DNA from: Vitrella brassicaformis CCMP3155
Taxonomy: Eukaryota > Protista > Chromerida
Direction: 5' to 3'
Assembly (NCBI GenBank): GCA_001179505.1
Contig: CDMY01000346.1
Span: 43,999-107,998 of the forward strand
DNA: 64,000 nt
Made by a program: the position numbers and the translations under genes
The notes under the pieces: generated by a model
Database searches by the model: none
Told to the model about the DNA's origin: nothing
The model's input: only the letters and a program-made list of their open reading frames with translations
Part shown: one piece after another, positions 1 to 10,387 of the stretch
Layout of the letters: every line of letters starts with the position of its first letter
Position numbering within the stretch: the stretch's first letter is position 1

Positions 1-484
1 CTGCAGGTGAGTCGACACATCCAGGATGGGTGGATACTACACTGACGGCATATGGATGGTGTGTGTGTGTGTGTGTGAAGGTGTCCTATGTGCTGCTGAA
101 GCAGGGTGGGGGCGGCCGTGGGATCCCTTCCGTGACGCTCGTATCGGTGCTCACGTCGGTCTTCCAGGCAAGCTTCGACCCCGACAAACCCACCCCCACA
201 CCGACCGACACCAATGCACTCACTGCACGCACAACTTGTGCTGCCTTGCCTGTCCTGTCCTCGATTCAATTCAGGTGTTGAAGGTGTTGTTATTCGGCCT
301 CAAGTACATATTGGCGTCCGTCTTCCCTATCGTGGCCGTCAAAAGCGCCAGATCTGAGGCGGCAATCTCTCTCTCTCAGGGTGCTGACATCGCCAAGGAG
401 ACCAGCAAGCAGTCGACGGCCAAGGCAAACGACGAGAACAGCAGTCAACCGTCTGTGGCCAGGGAGAGCCAGGAGGGGCCGTGA
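1..484 (+). CDS. 3' end of a multi-exon gene, probable membrane protein (function unknown)
   Basis: Exons 81-167 (VSYVLLKQGGGGRGIPSVTLVSVLTSVFQ) and 275-484 (VLKVLLFGLKYILASVFPIVAVK...QEGP*) join in phase 0 through a GC-AG intron; hydrophobic segments. The gene begins upstream of the window. Confidence 0.65.
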
Positions 485-1978
485 TGGATAGACTGCAGGC
501 AGGGAGGGAGGGAGGGAGGGGATGTCTGTCCATCCATAGCATATATGGGTGGGTGCATGAGGGTGGATGGATTTTTCCTCATACGCCTATTTCGCCTATT
601 TGTCACTCCTTTGCGCGTGTGTGAGCGTGTCTCTCTCTGTGTGGGCGTTGCGTGTGAACATGGCACGTGCAGGTCGATAGAGAAAGAGGGGAGGGAGGAT
701 GGGTGTGGACGTGTGTGCGTCAGCTTCTGAGGATGCAAGTATGGACGGCATGCCATGCATCCTGCTGCTCCATCCGTCAAGTGGATGGGCGTGGAGCACA
801 TTTGGGGCCGGCCGGCATGCCTTTCGTGTGAGAGTGATGTGGCTGGTGTTTGTTCAGACGCCTGTTGTGAGGTTGGTTGTGGTCTTTATTCGTCAGTATC
901 GATCGCACCGACTGCTATTCGCATAGACCGACCGATATGCGTGCGTCTTCGTCGTAGCTCGGGTATCTGTCGCTACAAATATTGATTGCCACAGCCGGCC
1001 GTTTCGGATGACGTGTGGTTCAAACGAAGAGAGAAAGCAAAAAGTCCCATCCATCCATCCATCCATCGCGCGTGAGTGGCTGGCGACACCCGATGTGCTG
1101 CGTGCATCCGATAGAGCGACAGCAACACATCCAGTGAGGCTCACACACGTACGTACACACTCACACAGAGGAAAGGAAGGCAGGCCGACCAGAAGAAGCA
1201 ACCCACGTGTACGTAGCTAAGGCAGGAAACTCGGGGCAAGCAAGTATCAGAAAACACCGTGCATATGCAGTTATCTAACTGTGGACATATGCAAGTACAT
1301 TCGTCTTTCCCGAGTTAATCGCTCCCTGGTGCACAGACTCGACAACGGGATCAACCAAACAAATACACAGTCCTCTCCGTCGCGCACAACATGCCATGTG
1401 CATATGTGCACATGGCCAGCCCTCGGAAAAAACTGGGTCTTGCGAAAGCACGGCGACGGGGAGAAAAGAATCACTCACCCGGTCGCTCCTCGGGCCCTTT
1501 CTTACCTGTACTGACAAAACGTGTGCATGATCCAGGGGCGCATACCATAAACGATATGTATCGGTGTCCAGTCCAGCTATGCATCGGTGTAACCAGGAAA
1601 GCCGATATGCATATATGCATTCACACACACAAACACACACGCGTTCACACACACACCAAAGCCCTCCCAGCACCGGCCGCCAAGAGTGGCGGCATTCGGT
1701 ACTACAGGCTAACTGCACGGTCGGCTGTCATCCCTCCCTTCGGCCCTTGAAAACAGACTGTCTGTCTGCCTCTCTGTGTTGGTCGACATGTCTGTACAGC
1801 AAAGGGGGTAGGGCCTCAGACGAAGCGGGAGAAAGACAGGAAATGACACGCACCCATCCCCACACCACACCACACGCACCCGACCCACCCTCCCCCACAG
1901 AGAGACACTGCCCTTTTTTTGGTTTTGGGGTTTTTTATTTTTTGTTTTTCATTTTCTGTGACACAATCACGCCGACAC

Positions 1979-2018
<40 letters not shown>

Positions 2019-4171
2019 TGGTGAAAGGCCTAGCCCTTTCCCTCTGCAAGGAGATGCGATCAATGCATGTGTGATGGTAGCCGTCGGCCTGTCTGTATGT
2101 GGCCACAGCGCAAGCAATGCAAAAATGACGGACGGACGGACGGACGAGCAAATTCGCCTCCTCCATGCATCGATGACACGAATGGTTGTCGGTCGACAGC
2201 CAGTCACAGGCGGCAGTACATCGAAAAAGAGGAGAGCACAAGTCTTAGACAGGAGAGAGATCAAAGGAGAAGGATGCATCCATCGGGGCGGCATACATTA
2301 CAGCGATATGGCCCAGCTAGCTATCAACACAGTCGATTAATTCAGTACGTGTCGGATGGGTGGATCTGCCAATCCAGATTTGGCGGGGCAGATCCACCTA
2401 CCCTCACCCTCCCTCCCATCAGGTGGGTCACCTCACCCCCCTCTCTCTCCTGACGGATGGATGCTACATGGCATGGCACAGAGAGAGCCGCCGTGTGACA
2501 CATGCATGGCACAGACTCGCTCTCTCGCAATAGATAGTGCAAAAACCTCTGTCTGTGCTGCCTGTGCATTGTCGTAGCACACACGGCACTCAGGCAATGG
2601 CAAGTAAGCATTGATTTGTCTGAAGGAAGGGCAAGTCAGTGCCAAAAAGGCGGCAAAGACCCGTTGTCCGTCGACAACCGGGCAGCCAAGCCGCCGGGTA
2701 GGCAGGCAGGCAGGCAGGGAGGGAGCACTAAGGACGGCAAAGCAGATGAGAGAAGAGATAGGAAAGAAGAGAGGGCAGGACTTTGGTCGGTCAGTCGGTC
2801 TTGACTGACTGACTGTACAAGGCGAAGTACGCCGTCATGCACGCACTCACACACATTCCCGCAGCATCAAGCAGGTGTCCACGCAAAACCCACCCCGCCC
2901 AGCCACCAGCAGCGTGGCAACGTCCACCCGCAGCTACGCATTTACCGATCCATTGATACGTCCGTCCATCAATCAGCCAGCCAGCCAGCCGAATCCCCCC
3001 CGACAGACGGCAAGGCTGCTCTGTCGCTACGCAAAACCCTCCTCCCTGCTGGCCATGGGCGGGTGCACACGCCGGCAGCATGTATATTCATTCGCACACT
3101 CGACCGACAAGGGAAGGGAAGAGAAAGCCGCGGCGAGAGAGAGAGTGACCATGGTGAGATCTGACCCACGGGCGCACGGCAAAACCCATCCCCATCCCTC
3201 CCCTGCGACAGGCAGCTAGGTGGCGCGAGTGAATTAATTAATTGGATGTGTGAAGTGACGAGCGGCCGGCAATCCAAGTCAGTCTTCAGGGCCGTGCCGT
3301 CCATCCACCCCTCCCCCTCCCCCTCCCCCTCCCCTGCACACCACACAACACGGCTCACACAGCAAAGCGTACCAAAAGCCGGCTAGGCTGAGAGAGAGAG
3401 AGAGGAGAGGAGAGAGAGGGGCTTGCTCGAGGCCGTCCGTCTGTCAGTTTGTCTGAAAACCAGCTGGGCTACCTATCATGTCATTCATGTATACCCATCC
3501 GCAGGTATGTAGCCAGTCCACCACACCACATCACACCACACCACACCACATCACATCACAGCCCCCTCCCTCGTCCAGCAAGACAGTATGGACGGACGAT
3601 GGCGCCACCAGCACATGCACTGCTGCACCTGGCTGTTGGTGCGACTACCCGTATCTGTGTGAGTATGTGTAGGTGTGTGGGTGGGAGTGTCTGCCCGCTT
3701 CTCGGTCGCTGAGCGGCAGCCGGGCAGGGGGCAGAGAAAGAGAAGACAGAGCAGAGAAGGGCTCGAGGTCATCACTCACACGGACAGGCACAAGCCAGGC
3801 ACCCACCGCAGGTTTGTCAGCGCATATATGCAATGCCGACCATTCCATCCATCCACCCATCCATCCATTGCCTGTCTGTGTGTGTCAATCTGCCAGCCCT
3901 CACGCTACCTCATGACGGTATGTACCCCGATAATGAGTCGATAGGTATGCACCACCAGATGAAGCAAGTCAGCAGCCAGCTGCACATTCCATGCATTCAT
4001 GTAGCTAGCTTCCAGAAAACACCACACGCCCCCCGTAGCGCCCGTACCCTGATACAATCACACACACACACACAGACAGGGGGGGAGGGGGGGGATCGGT
4101 CCACACGGCCATCTTCATCTGGCTGCTGGGTGCGCACCTGTTGTGTGTGTCGGTGTGTGTGAGTGTATTCG

Positions 4172-6963
4172 TCACACGCGCCGTTTGGGGGCGCTGTTGG
4201 TCTGCGGCGAAGCGGGGTCCACGCGGGTGAGGTGTCTTGCGGGGATCCACTGGAGCTGTCTGGTGGTAGGTATCCACACCTGACCCCTACACCACACACA
4301 AAGGAAGCGGCACACAGGAAGGGACACGTGTGACTCGGTGTGAGTGTATTCATGTCGGTCTGTCGCTCACATGGTAACGCGCCCTTGCGCATCCGTCTTG
4401 ATATTCTTGACCTGCACCGTCATTCTGTTGAGTCTGACGCCACAGGGCCCCGTGACTCCAGCGATTTTGACCTTCTGGTTGATCTCGAACGGCGGCTGGT
4501 ACGTGCCCTGCTGCTGCTGCTGCTGCGGTGGGCCCTCCTCCGACGACCCCTCGGCTGCGGTGGCGCCGTCAGTCACCTTTGGTGGTGGCTGCTCCGGGCT
4601 GCTGGGGCTGCTACTGCTGGTGCAGGAACGAGAGGGTGGGCTGTGGCTGTCAGGAAACGGCTGCTCCTGAGCCGGTGGCACCGTGCCGCTGCTCGTCGGA
4701 AGAGGGTGTCGTGCGCTGTTGGTGGTGGTGGCCTTGGGTGGCGCGGCCTTGGGTGGCGCGGCCTTGACCACAGTGCGAGTCGTCGAGTCGCCCAATCGTT
4801 GCCCACCACACAACCCACCACCCAAGCCGCCACCGATGCCGCCAGCGGCCGTCAGCGGGGCTGCACTGGGTCCTGCCGTGGGGATGAGGCCCAACAGCGA
4901 CTGGAACGAGGTGGCGTCGACGGCGTCGCTCGGTCGCTGGGCGACCATGGGGGGGACCGGTACGGCCTCCTGCGATGGCTCCTCTGCCGTGGGGGACCGT
5001 GACTGAAGTCCCTCGCTGCTCCCGCCGCTCTCACCCGTCATGTCGGCCTCCCGTGAGGTCGCCAGTGGACGCACCCGAGCGCCCGGGCCTGTTGCTGGCG
5101 CCTTGGGCTTGCCACTGCCGTACTCGCCGGTGGTGGTGGGGCCAGTGGCCGGGGGCGTGCCGAGTAGGGCATCGCCGCGCCCGTCCCTGTTGCCGTTCTT
5201 CTCACCAAACGCCACACGCGAGCTGACAGCGCCAGGCGACCGCACTGCAGCCGGTGGGCGGTGGTCCATGCTGCTGGGGCCGTCGGGGCGAGGATCGGGC
5301 GTCAGAGTACGGTAGTACTGGCCCCTCTCCTCGCGCCGGGCGACGGTGAGGCCGCCGCCGAGTGGGGAAAGGGGTAGGCGGCCGCCAGAGTCGCTGTGGG
5401 GGTGCTGCTTGTTGCGCGAGTGCATGGGGGAGGTCAAGGCCGACTCCTTTTTCCCCATGAGCGGCTTGTCTTTTCGCCTGAGGGCGAGGTAGTTGAGCGG
5501 GTCTCTCTGCGAGGCCGTCGGCGACGGGTCTCTGTGCGAGCTCTGCACCTCGTCCATATCCTTGAGCAGGGAGGAGCTGCGGCGTTCGGCCTCGTCGCCC
5601 TTGCCGACATGCGACACCGCCGTATCTGTCAGCAGGCCGCCAAAGGAGGGGCCAACGGGCGACATGACGGGGCGGTAGCTGAATCTTGACACGGCCTCGG
5701 TGAGCATGGTGACGCCGGCGCGCGCCAGCAGTCCTGGCCCGCTCGACTCGTAGGCGGTGTTGTCGGGTTTTGACGGTCAGCATCCCCGGCTGGTGCGTGA
5801 GGAGCCGGTTGTGCGGCGAGGTGATGGTGAGTCCGTTGAGGTGGTCGTCGGCGTATACGTGGAGGTTGAGGCCCTCGCCGGTCAGGGAGAACTTCTTGAC
5901 ACCCTCTACTTCACCGACGAAGCTGCAGCCAACGAGATCACAGAGAGGCGCCACACCAGTGATGGATGCTATGGATGCTCCTCTCACTGGTCTGTCTGTC
6001 TGTCTGTCTGTCTGTGGGAACGTATGTATGTATGTGTGTATGTGTTGTGTGCTCAGGTACCTGACGGCGTGTGGTGGCAGGCCCGGTATGTCATACACCG
6101 TAGCGTGTACCTCGACGATGATGACGTGCCGCTTCTTGACCGCCGGGTCGAGTGCGTCAAGGTTGAGCACCACCTCGGCCATGTCCCCCGCGTTCTTGCC
6201 GTGCGTCTGCAGTTCGACGTACTGAGTCAGGTCGTCCTCGAAAACACGAGGCTCCCCATTGAGCACGTACACAACTCTGTGTGAGCCACACACCACACAC
6301 CACACATCACGCATCACACACATCCATGCGCGCGAACCCGTGTGTTTCCACCCCGTCTGTACTGGCTTACATACCTCAGTTTCCCCGTCGGCAGCTGGAC
6401 GAACCCCTCGGCGGGCACCTTCTCCTGCTGGGTGAGGGCCTGGACGGGGCCACAGTGTGTCGCCAGGTTGAGGAGCAGCACCTTGGTGTCCAGAGTGGAT
6501 GACACAGGGTTTCAAACCCGTAACCCCTGAACCATAGAGCGCGCCACTTGACCCCTTCCCCTCCGCCGGGTGTCACATCTGCCTACCTCGCGGCACTGAC
6601 AATATGCCGAATCACTCTCCTGACGGCGGCTGGCCTGCGTTGCTCAGGGATGTCGGCAAAGTGGGACAGCTCGGGCAGAGGCCATTCAAGCGAACGCAAG
6701 GCCTCGCACGAGCCGTCCTCGTTGAAGATCTTGACACATCCGTAGAGATCATGCCGGATCTCACTGGTGCTGACGTCGATCTCACTGGTGCTGACGTCCA
6801 GCGTCAGGTGGCTGCCGCTGGCAGGAAACTGCCCTCCCGAGATGACTCCATACCGGCAGTTCTGAGGGAGGGGAGGCAGGGCGCCCAACGACGAGATCCC
6901 TCTGCTCTTAAAGATAGGCCGCATCTTGTTCACAGAGAGGGGTTCACTTTTTTTTCTCCACAT
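4172..6963 (-). CDS. Multi-exon hypothetical protein: globular N-terminal part, long Ser/Pro/Gly-rich linker, small beta-rich (SH3/KOW-like) C-terminal module
   Basis: In-phase spliced exons (...VLLLNLATHCGPVQ...KLR | VVYVLNGEPRVF...PHAV | SFVGEVEGVKKF...), GC3-rich 446-aa ORF 4367-5707, last exon 4286-4172 (GQVWIPTTRQLQWIPARHLTRV...*). One frame break at 5768-5771. Start codon uncertain. Confidence 0.65.
6757..6798. repeat. Perfect 21-bp tandem duplication (gatctcactggtgctgacgtc x2), in frame, giving DVSTSEI-DVSTSEI
   Basis: Read directly from the sequence. Confidence 0.95.
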
Positions 6964-7577
6964 TTTGGCAGCAGGAGGATTCACGGATTTGCGAGCTCGA
7001 AGACCCTGGGGGCGAGTCTTGGCCAAAGACGCCCCAGTAAAGACATGATGAGCGTCAGAAGACGGTAGAGACGAAGGTCAGCTCTTCGTACACACGGTTC
7101 ACATGGACACGCACGCATGCATTTTGCCAAGTCGTTTGCAAACGCAGATCGTGCTGGCAGCGGCAGGCATGAGAGATGAAGGACCACACACAGGTCAGCT
7201 TGCGATAACCAGACACAGACCAGCTTGGTACGTACGGTATCACGAGTATCAAATGGAGAGCGATGGCGAGGATGTATGTGTGGCCGCACGATCAAAAAGC
7301 GATCGTCATGGTTGCGCATCTGCGGGCGCGGGCAAATCGATGCGATGACAGGGCCGGGCCAGTCAGTACAGCACAGGGCCAGTCAGGTCAGTCATTGCTG
7401 TCAGTCAGTCAGTCAGGTTGGCAAGTTACGTCCACCATATATAGTACACACAGGTGGGTCTACAGGTAGGCGATGTGGGTGTGGTAAGTGTGCAGCCAGG
7501 ACATACACGCATTCGCAATCGCAGCGGCGGAGGTTGGAAAACGCGGCCAGCGACGAAAAACAGCGGCGGAAAGAGCA

Positions 7578-7650
7578 GTGCTCCTGCACAGCAGGAGAAG
7601 GCTGTGCATCGGGTGCTCCTGCACAGCAGGAGAAGGCTGTGCATCGGGTG
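7578..7650. repeat. Perfect 35-bp tandem duplication with internal inverted repeats
   Basis: gtgctcctgcacagcaggagaaggctgtgcatcgg x2; the unit contains ctcctgc/gcaggag and tgcacagc/gctgtgca complementary pairs. Confidence 0.9.
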
Positions 7651-8011
7651 GACATTTGTGTGCTCGTGGTGCGCATGTCTGGTGTGCAGAGGGCCGCACC
7701 AAAACCGCCAAAGCAGGAGAGGAGCAGTGAGTGAGTCTGTGGGTGAGTAAGGTAAGCCTATACATCCATACAGCAGCACATGGTGAGTGGAGTGAGCAAG
7801 TCGCATGAACCGTGGACCAAAAATACTACAATGAATACGCAGTCAGTCAGTCAGTCAGTAAGTCGACACGGATGCACACACGCATCTCACGCACTGCAGC
7901 CAGCCGCACTCACCCAGGCCCCTGCCCGACACCATCCATCCATCCACCCACCCTCCACCAACCGACCTCCCGCCCCCGACAAGCACCACCACCACCACCA
8001 CCAACCGATCG

Positions 8012-9545
8012 CTCCCGATGCCGATGTCGCGCCGCTCCGCTGCCCGACGTATCGACCACAAGAGATGGGAACTGAGCCATCCCCTCCCTTGACAGCGGTC
8101 TATGTGGTGATGCCCGTGACGGAACAACCCGCTGGCCGGTGAAGAAGAGGTGGATGTCTCCCGTGTAGGTGCGCACTCGCCGGTCGCCGGAGGAGTCGCG
8201 GACAGAGACGATGGGCATGTCGGCGAAGGGCTGCCCAGCTACGCCAGAGGCAGGCTCCTGGCGAAAGGCCAGCTGGTCGGGCACCTGATCGACCATTAAG
8301 TCGCTCGAATCGCCCGCAACGGTCGCCGCTCCCGGGGGATTCTCGTGAATGAACGCCTCCAGTATGTATGTACTCGCCCGCCTCGTTGACACCAAGCCGA
8401 AGAGTTTAGCTGCTTGCGTGTGCCGAACAGACCGAGGTTGAGGTGCAGCCGCCGCCGACGGCAGGCTTGAGCAGCGGCATGACGTAGCCCCCACTAATGC
8501 CGGTNNNNNNNNNNNNNNNNNNNNNNNNNNNNNNNNNNNNNNNNNNNNNNNNNNNNNNNNNNNNNNNNNNNNNNNNNNNNNNNNNNNNNNNNNNNNNNNN
8601 NNNNNNNNNNNNNNNNNNNNNNNNNNNNNNNNNNNNNNNNNNNNNNNNNNNNNNNNNNNNNNNNNNNNNNNNNNNNNNNNNNNNNNNNNNNNNNNNNNNN
8701 NNNNNNNNNNNNNNNNNNNNNNNNNNNNNNNNNNNNNNNNNNNNNNNNNNNNNNNNNNNNNNNNNNNNNNNNNNNNNNNNNNNNNNNNNNNNNNNNNNNN
8801 NNNNGGCGCGGGGGCCTCTTCTCGTGGTGGCGGTGGGTGGTGGGTGGGGTGCTTCTCGTCGGCCGGAGAGGGCACAGACGCTGCGGGCTGGCCGATGGCC
8901 GAACGACTTCAGCCCCTCCAGGAGGTCACTGTTGCCGGTGGTGGGTGCTAGTGGCTGAGATGGACGAAGTGCAGCCTCGGTGTGGATGGACGATCCGCCT
9001 TGTTCGGGTGTGGACTGATGGTGCTGCGGTAGTCCTCTATGGGTCGCTCCACATTCCTCCCGATGCCGATGTCGCGCCGCTCCGCTGCCCGACGTATCGA
9101 CCACAAGAGATGGGAACTGAGCCATCCTCTCCCTTGACAGCGGTCTATGTGGTGATGCCCGTGACGGAACAACCCGCTGGCCGGTGAAGAAGAGGTGGAT
9201 GTCTCCCGTGTAGGTGCGCACTCGCCGGTCGCCGGAGGAGTCGCGGACAGAGACGATGGGCATGTCGGCGAAGGGCTGCCCAGCTACGCCAGAGGCAGGC
9301 TCCTGGCGGAAGGCCAGCTGGTCGGGCACCTGATCGACCATTAAGTCGCTCGAATCGCCCGCAACGGTCGCCCTCCCGGGGGATTCTCGTGAATGAACGC
9401 CTCCAGTATGTAGTCGCCCGCCTCGTTGACACCAAGTCGAAGAGTTTAGCTGGTTGCGTGTGCCGAACGGACCGACGGTTGAGGTGCAGCAGCCGCCGCC
9501 GGCAGGCTTGAGCAGCGGCATGACGTAGCCCCCACTAATGCCGGT
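8012..9545 (-). pseudogene. Two approx. 490-bp direct copies (8012-8504, 9057-9545) of a fragment encoding a bacterial-adhesin-type Ig-like repeat, either side of a gap
   Basis: Translation YILEAFIHENPPG..DQLAFRQEPASGVAGQPFADMPIVSVRDSSGD...GMAQFPSLVVDTSGSG fits the QLxFxxQP-xxAG-xF-xP-xV-xD-xG / GxAxFxxLxIxxxG pattern of Ig-like adhesin repeats (recalled, not searched). The copies differ by several substitutions and indels. Upstream sequence (9546-9622) has stops in all three frames. Confidence 0.55.
8505..8804. other. Assembly gap (300 N)
   Basis: N run; the identical 300-N length of all four gaps implies a placeholder size. Confidence 1.
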
Positions 9546-10387
9546 ATCAAGTCATCCACCATTATGGACCTCCACATCCACGTCTAGGAGCCACCCACGG
9601 CCACGGACGGAGTGCTCCAGCCTGGTCAACAGATGGAAAGCGGGATGACAGGTGCGTGTGAGTGTGTCTTTTGGCAGACCATACCTGTGTGTTGACGCGA
9701 TGAGAAAGGTGGCAAAGGCGACGGCGGGGGGCTCGTCTGGTGTGCCGTCGAGCGCAGCGTCCCTCTCTCTGTCAGTGGTGTTGGTGACGGTGTCGGTGTT
9801 TGGTGTGTGTGGTGCGGCTGCAGCTGTGTGCGATGAGGGACAGCTGGTCGGGCTGACGCAGCACCACCTCTGATGCGAACCACACTATCTCCAGACCTAA
9901 CACGACAGGACAACGTGGGCAGGAGTGCACTCAACTCTCCTGCATTTGTGTGTGCTTCTCGTACCGAGATTGGTCTTGTCCTATCGCCCCCATCACCGCC
10001 ATCCCTAGCGACCTCCCTCAGTGTCATGGCCATCAGCTCCCACACCGACAAAAACCGAAACGGACTGCACGGATCACCACCTCCACCACCATTAGTATCA
10101 TCTGGTGCTGCTCTGAAGGGCAGTGCGCTCGTCTTGAGACGAAGTGTCACCGTCTTGAGACGAAGATGAGGAGGTACGGCACACGGCGACACAGGAACGG
10201 GGTCGATGAGAGCCCGTGGACGGGCTTGTCGGACACCGCCTCCCTCACATCGTGGCCGACAGCCGCCTTGTCATAACGCCGGGCAAGAAGGAGAGCACCG
10301 CTATGCATCCATAAACAGAAAGAGACGATTGCGTGGCCCCCAGCTGCTGATGCCGTCAGTGTGTTTGTGCAGGGAGGGGGGTTCTAA

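Noticed and set aside
1275-1360. P-loop-like GAINSGKT on the minus strand
   Set aside because: Isolated motif with a stop seven codons later and no supporting exons or Walker B motif.
4340-5002. Long plus-strand ORFs opposite real genes (also 10391-11386, 22715-23404 and many others)
   Set aside because: Antisense shadows of GC3-rich coding sequence or microsatellite translations (HTHT, CVCV, DGWM) with no domain signal.
7578-7650. CRISPR-like repeat or intrinsic terminator
   Set aside because: Only two adjacent copies with no spacer, no U-tract, and a eukaryotic context.
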